Of a stretch of 64,000 nucleotides of DNA, positions 17,401 through 25,552 are shown piece after piece. Where the stretch lies: contig JABUFB010000008.1 of the NCBI GenBank assembly GCA_013314775.1, forward strand, positions 725,036-789,035. The letters run 5' to 3'. Source of the stretch: Armatimonadota bacterium. GTDB taxonomy: Bacteria > Armatimonadota > Zipacnadia > Zipacnadales > JABUFB01. Position numbers and translations under genes: made by a program. Within the stretch, counting starts at the first letter, position 1. Each line of letters opens with the position of its first letter. Below the pieces are notes generated by a model, which saw only the letters and a program-made list of their open reading frames with translations, was not told the origin of the DNA and ran no database searches.

Positions 17401-18996
17401 GCCATTGCGGTGGATGGTGACGCGTCTGAGATTGGAGCCCGTGCCCGGTCCGGAGACGGTGACGATGCGCAGAAGGTCGTGGTCTTCGTCCCGCGCGATC
17501 TGGAGCACTCCCTGGCGGGATACTGCGCCGGTCACAAGCACGCTGTCAACCTCCCGTGCGGGCACCATAACCATGTCGCCGGGTTGGAGGTCGAGATTCT
17601 GAGACAGGTCGCCTTCGTCCATGAGCGCCTGCAGATTGCGGACTATGGTCTCCTTGCCGCGATAGACGGTGACCCGGGTGAGGTCACTCATGGGGCCCGG
17701 GCCGGCGGTTGTGATGATGCGCAGCAGGTCGCGCTCGGTCACCCCGCGCAGGTTGAAAGTCCCGGTTCGCCCCAGCGCTCCCATGACCAGCAGCGTCTGG
17801 GAGACCCCTTCGGGAATCACCAGCACGTCACCGGGCAGCAGCGAGGATTCATCGGGGGCCTGACCAGCTTCGATGAACCGCTGCAGGTCTACACTGATGC
17901 TCTTGCCGGCCCGGATGATCTCCGCGCGGCTCAGATCCGCGGTGGCAGTGGGGCCGCCGGCGGCTGCCAGGCCCTGCAGGACGGGGATGGGGCTCCCCAT
18001 GCGGAAGACTTGAGGGGTGTTGACCTGTCCGACCACCGAAATGCTGCCGGCCTCGTGCACCACCAGTACATCCCCGCCGCGGAGCACATGGTTCTGGCTG
18101 GTACTGCCGCCCTTGAGCAGCGCGTTCAGGTCGATCTCAAGCGGGTCGGAATCGGCACGCAGGAGGATGGCGCGGGAGCGGTCGGCAATGGGAGAGAAGC
18201 CCTGGGACATGCGCAGGGCGTCAAGCACCCGCACTTCGCGGTCCACGGGGAGCAGGAGACTGCCGGGGGCCTGAACCTCCCCGAGGATCATGACTTCCTC
18301 GCGCACCCGAGGAACATAGACGGTGTCGCCATATTCCAGGCGATGTTCGTGCCCAAGACCGCCTTCACCTCGAAGGCCGCTGCAATCTACTTCGATGGGC
18401 TTACCGCCCGGGTGTGTGAGGCGCACCCGGCGCAAGTCAGCGTACGGGCCGGGACCGGCGGCGGCCACGGCGTCGGTGAGCGTGGAGCCAAAGGGCAAGG
18501 TGACCGCCCCGTTGCGGGACAGTTCGCCGGACACGTACACCTTGCGGATGGAATTGATCTCGTCCACGGTCACCTTGACCGACGGTTTTCGTACGAGCGT
18601 GCTGAGACGTTTGACCAAGAACGCCTCGGCTTCGCGCAGGGTCATCCCGCGCAAGCCGACCTGGCCGAGGAGGGGCATGGGGATGGATCCACCGGGGCCA
18701 ATGCGCGCGGCGGTGGAGAGCGTGGGCTCGTTGAAGACCACTATCTGCACCACATCGCCGGCGCTGAGCCGATAGTCGGTATCCACGGAAAAGCGGGGCG
18801 TGAGGGAGCGCACCGGCCCGGCCCCCGCTGTCCGGGACTTTGCTGAGGAGGCAGCCTGCGCGAGCGCTGTATCGCGGGAGGCCTGGTCGTCTTTGAGACT
18901 TGCCGCACAGGCGGTTCCAGCGCTGCAAGATACCAGGAGGGCGACGAGAAGGGCAACCCTTCCGAAGCCGGCCCTAGACGTGGCCCTGCGGAACAT
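14461..18996 (-). CDS. giant outer-membrane polysaccharide export (Wza/OPX)-like protein with 16 SLBB-like repeats
   Basis: ATG 18996 (MFRRATSRAGFGRVALLVALLVSCSAGTACAAS, signal peptide) behind GGGGAGGA. Poly_export-like segment YRLSAGDVVQIVVFNEP...PLLGQV. This is followed by 16 units of 82-85 aa. C-terminal helix LWRTLRDSFWVVSAIVSLFD. Confidence 0.85.
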   Translation of the reverse strand: MFRRATSRAGFGRVALLVALLVSCSAGTACAASLKDDQASRDTALAQAASSAKSRTAGAGPVRSLTPRFSVDTDYRLSAGDVVQIVVFNEPTLSTAARIGPGGSIPMPLLGQVGLRGMTLREAEAFLVKRLSTLVRKPSVKVTVDEINSIRKVYVSGELSRNGAVTLPFGSTLTDAVAAAGPGPYADLRRVRLTHPGGKPIEVDCSGLRGEGGLGHEHRLEYGDTVYVPRVREEVMILGEVQAPGSLLLPVDREVRVLDALRMSQGFSPIADRSRAILLRADSDPLEIDLNALLKGGSTSQNHVLRGGDVLVVHEAGSISVVGQVNTPQVFRMGSPIPVLQGLAAAGGPTATADLSRAEIIRAGKSISVDLQRFIEAGQAPDESSLLPGDVLVIPEGVSQTLLVMGALGRTGTFNLRGVTERDLLRIITTAGPGPMSDLTRVTVYRGKETIVRNLQALMDEGDLSQNLDLQPGDMVMVPAREVDSVLVTGAVSRQGVLQIARDEDHDLLRIVTVSGPGTGSNLRRVTIHRNGETIIRDLQAAVDEGRMENSIPVEDGDVIVVPEIDENVVLSGAVERGGIVRLVDDDWRDLGRLILMSGPLPYADLTRVMVSRGGKQILVNVKPYIEEGNRQATLALEDGDMIRVPVVEDSIMLTGALSRGGVLRLVPTLDRDLASLILAAGPLPQADLEHVTVHRGQNKIVRNLLAMIQDGDRTQSMYVEPGDIITVPARELRNILITGAVAQAGLLTVADDPRSDLARLVTLAGPLPNADLTRVKVHRGGNTTERDIKAFIETGLEAYSLQLEDGDVVVVPRVEHTVLVMGAVARSGSIQLFDDKQRDLLRVVTLAGPMPNADLSRVTIFRGEQQIKRDLKKLYETGDLSQSFLLEDGDIIKVPAYEDSILLAGAAGRTGVLALGDEDTRDLARLIAASGPAPFADLRRVTVHRGGEKITRDVQAYLYEGDTSQTLQLEDGDLVVIPIDRGTALITGAVQRAGQVRVSDPENRRLVDTLLASGPLPNADLKRVTVFRGDEQFVYNLKGLVEEGVPVPVDAEVLPGDRILVPGLDTVSVLITGAVQRRGTIELVTEEQRDLARVVTAAGWDPMADLTNVTVHRGDEVIVRNLRAYFDQGDTSQTLLLEDGDRVLVPQLGTGSIIITGQVMRSGVVPQEVGRSNDLFATVTFAGPNRPTADLSRVSVYRKGERIVRDLTRLEEEGDTSQNMMLEPGDIVHVPMATETVVFAGEVARPGAISIHGAKERDLVRLLPLASPNPEGGLDRVTIYRDGEAIVRNYRALVEEGDMTQNLELQPGDLVYVPTDDVNNIMVLGALQRNGAVNIREKANRDLLRVVTLMQPLATADLTRVTVYRPDQEPIYRDLRLLQDEGALDQTMDLQPGDVVVVPAMDEIYVLGAVGRPGPYPLDPEWGIMDIVSRAALAPGAQQRVIMIRKRPDGTTEHTEINLAKLRQGKVPDPVKVKPGDIFYVPPRAPARGDLWRTLRDSFWVVSAIVSLFD
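14542..18549 (-). repeat. coding tandem array: 16 SLBB-like units with a period of about 250 bp
   Basis: Unit starts (h-x-[ILV]-x-G-x-[VAL]) fall at ORF residues 197, 279, 363, 446, 530, 613, 696, 780, 863, 946, 1029, 1114, 1198, 1282, 1366 and 1449. Each unit carries DL-x-RV-x-[VI]-x-R and GD-x-[IV]-x-VP. The units are divergent at protein level, so this is not a recent DNA duplication. Confidence 0.85.
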
Positions 18997-19144
18997 GTAT
19001 TCGTCCTCCCCAGCTCGAGGTGTCTGCATTGTGCGTCGTCTATAGACTGCAATTCTTGCGGCAATTCGCCGCTGGGGTCGGCAGGCGGGCACAAATGGCG
19101 CCCGAAGCACGCCGCTGATATTATAGCACACTCATTCTGCCTAG

Positions 19145-19174
19145 ACTATAGAGGGCCCCTCTTGGACAAGTCAA
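19145..19174 (-). promoter_or_regulatory. sigma70-like promoter for the giant export gene
   Basis: On the minus strand: TTGACT, 18 nt, TATAGT, in an AT-rich patch. This implies a leader of about 140 nt to ATG 18996. Confidence 0.5.
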
Positions 19175-19200
19175 GCCCGCCGGCGGGCTACGAGGTCTGT

Positions 19201-19229
19201 TTGACTCGATCCAGCGTCTACCGTATACT
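19201..19229 (+). promoter_or_regulatory. sigma70-like promoter for recJ and downstream genes
   Basis: TTGACT, 17 nt, TATACT, about 35 nt upstream of ATG 19263. Confidence 0.55.
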
Positions 19230-19262
19230 GCCCCCAAAGGAAGACACTGGAATTCGGTACAT

Positions 19263-20975
19263 ATGCCTGCATGCAGACCCGCATGGGACGCCGCGCCACG
19301 AGACTTTGATTTTGAAGCGCAGATGGCCCGCGAACTGGGGATTCACCCCGTCATAGCGGGCGTCATGCGCCGCCGCGGCATAACCACTCCAGACCACGCA
19401 CGCCGCTTCCTCCACCCCGATCTGGCCGACCTGCATGACCCGTTCCTATTGCCCGATATGGACATCGCGGCCCGGAGAATCGTGAAGGCCATCGAAAACC
19501 ATGAGACCGTCCTGGTCCACGGTGACTACGATGTGGATGGAATTACCGGTTCTGCCCTGATGGTCCGTTTCCTGTCGAAACTGGGGGCGGACGTGCAGTA
19601 TCACTTGCCCCATCGTCAGATTGACCACTATGGGCTGAGCGTGGAGGCGATGCGCGAGGCCGCGCGGGTGGGTGCCCATCTCGCCATAGCGGTGGATTGC
19701 GGTGTCACCGGCTTCGAGGCGGTGGCGGAGGGGCGGCGCCTGGGCATGGACGTGGTGGTCATCGATCACCACGAGCCCGAGGACAGACTACCCAACGCCA
19801 ACGCCATCGTTGATCCAAAGCGCGCCGACTCCACCTATCCCGAGCGCGATCTGGCCTCTGTCGGCCTCTGCTTCAAGACCGCGTCGGCCGTTTGTACCCT
19901 CATGGACGTGCCCCAGGAATCCCTGCAGAGGGCATTCCTGGACCTGGTGGCCATGGGAACCATAGCCGACGTGGTCCCGCTCATCGGCGAGAACCGCATC
20001 CTGGCCAGTCACGGCTTGAGGAGCATGGCAGGCACGCGCAAAGTGGGGCTGCAAGCTCTGATGCGTCTGTGCAATGCAGACGGAGACATCCGAGCTTCCG
20101 ACGTGGCCTTCCGTATTGCCCCGCGGATGAACGCCGCCGGGAGAATGGGCGACGCGACTGATGCCCTGGAATTGCTTCTCACGAATGACCCGGAGACTGC
20201 CACCCGGTTGGCTCTCTCCCTGGATAACGCGAACCGCGAGCGTCAGCGGGTCCAGGAGCGCATCTATCGGGATGCCCTGGAGATGATAGAGGGAGAGGTG
20301 GACTTCGAGAACGAGCACGTCGTGGTGCTGGCGTCTCCTGAATGGCACGTGGGCGTTGTGGGCATTGTGGCCTCGAAAATCATGGAGACCCACTCGCGCC
20401 CGACGATCCTCATGGTGCAGGAAAACGGTGAGGCCCGGGGATCCGCACGGAGCGTTCATGGGTTCGATATCAGCCAGGCCCTGCAGGGGTGCACCGACCT
20501 GCTGCTGTCCCACGGTGGGCATGCCCTGGCGGCCGGGATGAGTCTGCGCATTGAGAACCTGCCGGACTTCCGCCGACGCCTGAACTGCCTCGCCGCCGAA
20601 TCCCTGCGTTTGGAGGACCTTCAGCCCAGATTGGAGACCGACGCTGAGGTGTTGCTGGACGAGGTGGACGCGGAACTGCTTGAGGGTCTGGCGCAGCTTG
20701 AGCCCTTCGGGCAGGCGAACCCGGCGCCCTTGTTCGTGACCCACGGGGTGGATGTGCTGGATGTCCGGACTGTCGGAAGGGACAACCAGCACCTGAAACT
20801 GTTCGTGAGCCAGGGTGACCGCCCGGTGGACTGTATCGGGTTCGGAATGGGTCCTGAAGCCGACTGGATCGACCGGGGATCTACTATCGATATCTGCCAC
20901 ACTCCCGAGATCAATGAGTACAATGGGACCCGAGGGGTCCAACTGCGTCTCCAGGCTGTTCGCGCGGCACGGTAA
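19263..20975 (+). CDS. recJ: single-stranded-DNA-specific exonuclease RecJ
   Basis: DHH-family motifs VLVHGDYDVDGITG, AVDCG, VVVIDHH and GGHALAAG. 570 aa, typical RecJ length. Confidence 0.9.
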   Translation: MPACRPAWDAAPRDFDFEAQMARELGIHPVIAGVMRRRGITTPDHARRFLHPDLADLHDPFLLPDMDIAARRIVKAIENHETVLVHGDYDVDGITGSALMVRFLSKLGADVQYHLPHRQIDHYGLSVEAMREAARVGAHLAIAVDCGVTGFEAVAEGRRLGMDVVVIDHHEPEDRLPNANAIVDPKRADSTYPERDLASVGLCFKTASAVCTLMDVPQESLQRAFLDLVAMGTIADVVPLIGENRILASHGLRSMAGTRKVGLQALMRLCNADGDIRASDVAFRIAPRMNAAGRMGDATDALELLLTNDPETATRLALSLDNANRERQRVQERIYRDALEMIEGEVDFENEHVVVLASPEWHVGVVGIVASKIMETHSRPTILMVQENGEARGSARSVHGFDISQALQGCTDLLLSHGGHALAAGMSLRIENLPDFRRRLNCLAAESLRLEDLQPRLETDAEVLLDEVDAELLEGLAQLEPFGQANPAPLFVTHGVDVLDVRTVGRDNQHLKLFVSQGDRPVDCIGFGMGPEADWIDRGSTIDICHTPEINEYNGTRGVQLRLQAVRAAR

Positions 20976-21032
20976 GCTCATCGCAGGCCTCAGCGCGGAA
21001 CAGCTCTGGTTCGGAGGATCCGAGGTGCCGAT

Positions 21033-22049
21033 TTGAAGGCCCCCGTCAACCAGGCGGTCCTGCTGGTGGGTGGACAGGGCACGCGATTGCGTCCCCTGAC
21101 CTGTGATCGCCCCAAGGCTCTCGTACCCTTGTTGAATGAGCCCCTGCTGGCCTGCGAACTGCGCCTTCTGGCACGCCACGGCATCACTAACGTGATCCTT
21201 TCCGTTGGTTACCGCGCGCGCGTCCTCCAGGATGCGCTGGGGGATGGGTCGCGCTGGGGGGTAAGGCTGCGGTACGTTGAGGAGCCTTCGGCACTGGGAA
21301 CCGCCGGCGGTCTGCGGAATGCCCTGGAGCTGCTGGATGGGCCCTTCGTGGCGATGAATGGGGACCTGGTGTACGACGTAGACCTGTCCGCCTTTGCCGA
21401 AGCCCACCTGCGAGCGGGCGCGATGGTGAGTTTCTGCCTGCGGCGAGTGGAGGATATACGGCGTTTCGGGCTGATCCAGTGCGACGATTCCGGTCGAGTC
21501 GTGGCCTTCCGCGAAAAGCGGGAGGTCGACGAGACCGGACGGAATACTGTGAACAGCGGGGTCTATCTCATGGACCCGGAAGCATTGCTGCGGGTGCCCG
21601 CGGGCGTTGAGTGGTCCAACGAGACCCAGCTGTTTCCCGGTCTGCTCCAGGAAGGCTGCCTCTTGCTGGGGTTCATGCCCGAACAACAGGGCTACTGGGC
21701 TGACGTGGGCACAGTAGAGTCGTACCTGCAGACCAGCCGCGACCTGCTGCGAGGCGCAATTCCGTGGATGCGGGGAGCGGTCGCCACATCTGTCATGGGA
21801 CGCACCGAGGACATCGAACAACCGGTGGGGCTGGCTGAAGGCGTACGCATTGAGGATGGCGCACGAGTAGGGCCGGAGGTGTGCATTGGCGCGCGTGGCA
21901 CAGTCGGCGCCGGGGCGCGCATCCAGGCGTCTATCCTGTGGGAAGATGTGACCATTGGGCCCAATGCCCATATTCACAACTGCATAATCGGCGCCGGGGT
22001 GACCATCGGCGCGGGCTGCAAGTACAGTGGAAAGGTCGTCGTCCGGTGA
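21033..22049 (+). CDS. NDP-sugar pyrophosphorylase (sugar-1-phosphate nucleotidyltransferase with left-handed beta-helix C-terminus)
   Basis: TTG start behind GAGGTG. N-terminal LLVGGQGTRLRPLT motif. C-terminal hexapeptide-like repeats (IGARGTVGAGARIQASIL...IGAGVTIGAG). Confidence 0.85.
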   Translation: MKAPVNQAVLLVGGQGTRLRPLTCDRPKALVPLLNEPLLACELRLLARHGITNVILSVGYRARVLQDALGDGSRWGVRLRYVEEPSALGTAGGLRNALELLDGPFVAMNGDLVYDVDLSAFAEAHLRAGAMVSFCLRRVEDIRRFGLIQCDDSGRVVAFREKREVDETGRNTVNSGVYLMDPEALLRVPAGVEWSNETQLFPGLLQEGCLLLGFMPEQQGYWADVGTVESYLQTSRDLLRGAIPWMRGAVATSVMGRTEDIEQPVGLAEGVRIEDGARVGPEVCIGARGTVGAGARIQASILWEDVTIGPNAHIHNCIIGAGVTIGAGCKYSGKVVVR

Positions 22050-23191
22050 GCCACCAAGATCCATTGCTGATGATTCCAGGGCCGACCAATCTGCCGCCAG
22101 AAGTTCGAGCGGCCATCGGCGCGCCCAGCATGTACCACCGCGGGCCGGGCTTCATGGGGCTCCTCGACGGCTGCAACCGGGGCCTGCAGGTAGTTTTCCA
22201 GACGAAGAACGACGTGATCATCCTGGCATCATCGGGTACCGGGGGCGTTGAGGCGGCCATCGTCAATCTCATCAACCCCGATGACCGGGTGCTTGTGGTG
22301 CGCGGAGGGAAGTTCGGCGAGCGCATGGCCGAGATCGCGGCCCGATTCGGCGCGCTGGTAACGACGCTCGACGTCGAACCCGGGCGAGCCGCCGAGCCCC
22401 AGCAGCTTGCGGATGTACTGGCGCGCAAGCCATTCAAGGCCGTGCTGTTCGTGCAGAACGAGACCTCGACTGGCATCACACAGAACGTCGCTACGCTGGC
22501 AAAGATCGCTCACGATCACCGATGCCTGACCATCGTGGACTGTGTGAGCGGGATGGGCGGGATCCCGGTGCGCACCGACGAATGGGGCTTGGACGCAGTG
22601 ATCTCCGGCTCCCAGAAGGCTTTCATGCTCCCGCCCGGGCTGTCCTTTGTATCTCTCTCGCAGCGAGCCTGGGAGATTGCGGAAAAGAGCAAGACGCCGC
22701 GCTTCTACTTCGACCTGCCCGCCGCGCGGAAGTCACTGGCGAAAGGCCAGACGCCTTTCACCCCCGCCGTCAACCTGATCCAGGGCCTGGGGGCGTCTCT
22801 TGAGCTGATCTTGGGCGAGGGCCTTGAGAAAGTGTACGCGCGCCACGCCCGGGCAGGACGTTCGGTGCGTCTGGCAATGCAGGCGCTGGGCCTGGAGCTG
22901 TTTGCGGACCCCGCCTACGCAAGCAATGTGGTGACCGCGATCAGAGCACCTGAGGGAGTCTCGTCCACAGATGTCGTGAAGCGGTTGGCGGCTAACCACC
23001 AGATCGTAATCTCCGACGGCCAGAGTGAACTGAAAGGTAAGATTTTCCGAATAGGGCATATGGGCTGGTTCGACGAGGAGATGCTGGCGCGCACGGTGCG
23101 TGCAACGGGCGAGACTTTAGCCGGTCTGGGGCATTCGTGCGACCCGCAGGCCGGCGAGGAAACGCTGCGGGAGGTCTGGGCACAGGCATGA
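22046..23191 (+). CDS. class V aminotransferase (AGXT/serine-pyruvate type; probable phosphoserine aminotransferase role)
   Basis: GTG 22046 overlaps the upstream TGA (GTGA). N-terminus LLMIPGPTNLPPEV; PLP-lysine context ISGSQKAFMLPPG. Lies immediately upstream of, and overlapping, serA. Confidence 0.8.
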   Translation: MSHQDPLLMIPGPTNLPPEVRAAIGAPSMYHRGPGFMGLLDGCNRGLQVVFQTKNDVIILASSGTGGVEAAIVNLINPDDRVLVVRGGKFGERMAEIAARFGALVTTLDVEPGRAAEPQQLADVLARKPFKAVLFVQNETSTGITQNVATLAKIAHDHRCLTIVDCVSGMGGIPVRTDEWGLDAVISGSQKAFMLPPGLSFVSLSQRAWEIAEKSKTPRFYFDLPAARKSLAKGQTPFTPAVNLIQGLGASLELILGEGLEKVYARHARAGRSVRLAMQALGLELFADPAYASNVVTAIRAPEGVSSTDVVKRLAANHQIVISDGQSELKGKIFRIGHMGWFDEEMLARTVRATGETLAGLGHSCDPQAGEETLREVWAQA

Positions 23192-24777
23192 GGCCGCGGG
23201 TACTGGTCTGTGACAATGTGGCGGCGTCCGGCTTGGAGTTTCTGCGCACCCGAGCAGAAGTGGTGGAAGCCGGCAGCCTGGACGAACAGGCGCTGATTGC
23301 GGCCCTGGATGGCTGCCAGGCTCTCATCGTCCGCAGCGCAACGAAAGTAACCGCGCCCGTGTTTGAAGCCTGCCGGGGCCTGAAAGTGGTGGCTCGCGCC
23401 GGCGTGGGTGTTGATAACATTGATATCGAGGCTGCCACGCGCTGGGGGGTGCTGGTGGTCAACAGCCCCGCGGGGAACGTGCTGGCCGCGGCCGAGCACA
23501 CCCTGGCAATGCTGCTTGCTGCCGCGCGAAACATCCCGCAGGCCGATGCATCAATGAAACAGGGGCGGTTCGACCGCAAGAGCTTCATAGGCCGTCAAGT
23601 CCTGGGCAAGACGCTGGGGATCGTGGGCCTGGGAAACATCGGGACCGAGGTCGCTCGAAGGGCGAGAGCTCTCGGGATGAACGTCGTCGCCTTCGACCCC
23701 TACGCCTCCGAGGAACATGTGCGCAAACTCGGAGCCACCTCTGCCCCACTCCATGAGCTGCTGGCCCAGAGCGACTTTCTGACCGTACACGTGCCGCTGA
23801 CAGACGAGACCCGGGGCCTGATCGGGGCGCGTGAACTGGATCTGCTGCCCGACCATGCCGTGGTCGTCAACTGTGCGCGGGGAGGGATCATCGACGAAAA
23901 CGCGCTTCTTGAGGCGCTTCAGGCGGGCACGGTCGCCGGAGCCGCGCTAGATGTTTTCGTCGGCGAGCCCGACGTGAACGCGAGCCTCGTGGGGCACCCT
24001 CGTGTCATCGCGACACCGCACCTGGGCGCCTCCACGAGTGAGGCCCAGGAGACGGTTGTTCTGGACGCGGCGTCGCAGGTGATGGATGTACTGGCCGGCT
24101 TGCCTCCCAGTTCGCCGGTGAATGTGCCCGCCCTGCCCGCAGAGCTGATGGACCAGCTCAGCCCGTATCTGCTTGTTGCCAGGCATCTGGGGACCCTCGC
24201 GAATGTGCTGGTGACCGGCGCCGCTCGGTCGGTGAAGGTGGATGCAGGGGCAGGCGCGCCAGTTCAGGGCATTCCGCTCCTGGCACACACCATCGTGGCG
24301 CGGATGCTGTCGGGGAAGATCGACCAGCGGGTGAACGAGGTGAACGCTCCAGTAGTTGCGCGTGAGCGCGGCATCGAGGTGCTTCACGGCGCACTGGCCG
24401 AGGACCCGGGGTATTCGCGCTATCTTGAGGCCGGCATTGTGGGTGAAGACTTTGCCTATGAGCTCGCGGGAGCTGTGCTGGAAGGGGACCAGCCCAGAAT
24501 CCTGCGCATCGCGGGCTATGCAGTGGATCTACGCCCTGAAGGCAGGATTATTCTCGTCTGGAAGGACCGGCCGGGGACGCCCGGATTTATCGGTGCGGTG
24601 GGCACGACCCTCGGTGATGCGGGGGTGGGAATTGCCAGCATCCAGGTTGGCCATGAGATCATTGATGACCGCGGCCTATTGGTGATCCGAGTTCTGCAGG
24701 AACCATCGTCCGAGGTGCTTCAGGCAATCCGTGAGCACCCGGACGTCGCGAGGCTGGAGACGGTGGTTTTCGACTGA
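23188..24777 (+). CDS. serA: D-3-phosphoglycerate dehydrogenase, long form with C-terminal ACT domain
   Basis: ATG 23188 overlaps the upstream stop (ATGA). MRPRVLVCD..., NAD motif GIVGLGNIGTEVA, catalytic region TPHLGAST. 529 aa with an ACT-like tail. Confidence 0.9.
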   Translation: MRPRVLVCDNVAASGLEFLRTRAEVVEAGSLDEQALIAALDGCQALIVRSATKVTAPVFEACRGLKVVARAGVGVDNIDIEAATRWGVLVVNSPAGNVLAAAEHTLAMLLAAARNIPQADASMKQGRFDRKSFIGRQVLGKTLGIVGLGNIGTEVARRARALGMNVVAFDPYASEEHVRKLGATSAPLHELLAQSDFLTVHVPLTDETRGLIGARELDLLPDHAVVVNCARGGIIDENALLEALQAGTVAGAALDVFVGEPDVNASLVGHPRVIATPHLGASTSEAQETVVLDAASQVMDVLAGLPPSSPVNVPALPAELMDQLSPYLLVARHLGTLANVLVTGAARSVKVDAGAGAPVQGIPLLAHTIVARMLSGKIDQRVNEVNAPVVARERGIEVLHGALAEDPGYSRYLEAGIVGEDFAYELAGAVLEGDQPRILRIAGYAVDLRPEGRIILVWKDRPGTPGFIGAVGTTLGDAGVGIASIQVGHEIIDDRGLLVIRVLQEPSSEVLQAIREHPDVARLETVVFD

Positions 24778-24778
24778 T

Positions 24779-25552
24779 ATGCGCATACTGATCACAAATG
24801 ACGACGGAGTTCACGCACCGGGCCTGCGGGCACTGGTTTCGGAGCTGACCTCGCTAGGTGAAGTGGTGGTGTTCGCCCCCGAACGCGAGCAGAGTTGCAG
24901 CGGGCACGCAATCACCCTGCACAAGCCCCTGCGCATCCGGGACGCCCGCATTGACGGAGCGGATGTGCGCGCATATTCGGTGAGCGGCACTCCCGCGGAT
25001 TGTGTGGTTCTCGGTTGCCTGCAGGAGAAGGAGCCCTTCGACCTGGTGCTGTCCGGGATCAACGCCGGAGCCAATCTGGGTGAGGAGGTTTTCTACTCGG
25101 GCACCGTAGCGGCGGCGATGGAGGCTTCGCTGCACGGCATCCGCAGTGTCGCGATGTCGGTGACGGCCTACCGCGACTGTGATTTCCGTGCGGCGGCGCA
25201 GTTCGCGACCCGATTTGGGCCGGCCTGCACAACCATGGACCTGCCGCCAGACACCGTGCTGAATGTGAACGTGCCCAGCCTGCCACCCGATCAGATTCGG
25301 GGCGTCCGGGTCACGCGTCTGGGCCGACGGTCGTACGAGAACTTCCTGGAGCGTCGCGAGGACCCGCGAGGCGTGCCCTATTACTGGTTTAGCGGGGAAG
25401 CCCGGGAGGCCGACGCCACCGAAGACACCGACATCGGCGCCACACAGGCCGGATTCATCTCGGTCACGCCCATGCGGTTCGACATCACCGCGTATGAGGC
25501 CATGGGCGGGATTATGTCGCAACTGTCAGCTATGGGGCTCGTGAAGCCATGA
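24779..25552 (+). CDS. surE: 5'/3'-nucleotidase SurE
   Basis: MRILITNDDGVHAPGL, SGINAGANLG and YSGTVAAAMEA motifs. Starts 1 nt after the serA stop. Confidence 0.9.
   Translation: MRILITNDDGVHAPGLRALVSELTSLGEVVVFAPEREQSCSGHAITLHKPLRIRDARIDGADVRAYSVSGTPADCVVLGCLQEKEPFDLVLSGINAGANLGEEVFYSGTVAAAMEASLHGIRSVAMSVTAYRDCDFRAAAQFATRFGPACTTMDLPPDTVLNVNVPSLPPDQIRGVRVTRLGRRSYENFLERREDPRGVPYYWFSGEAREADATEDTDIGATQAGFISVTPMRFDITAYEAMGGIMSQLSAMGLVKP

Noticed and set aside
15238-18846. Several 150-480-aa plus-strand ORFs opposite the giant SLBB gene
   Set aside because: All are antisense to a gene with a regular 16-fold domain periodicity and a signal peptide. Their products are Gly/Asp/His/Arg-rich mirror images of the repeat.
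19788-22064. 758-aa minus-strand ORF
   Set aside because: Antisense to recJ and the NDP-sugar pyrophosphorylase. Skewed composition. The sense genes carry DHH and GxGTRLxPLT motifs.
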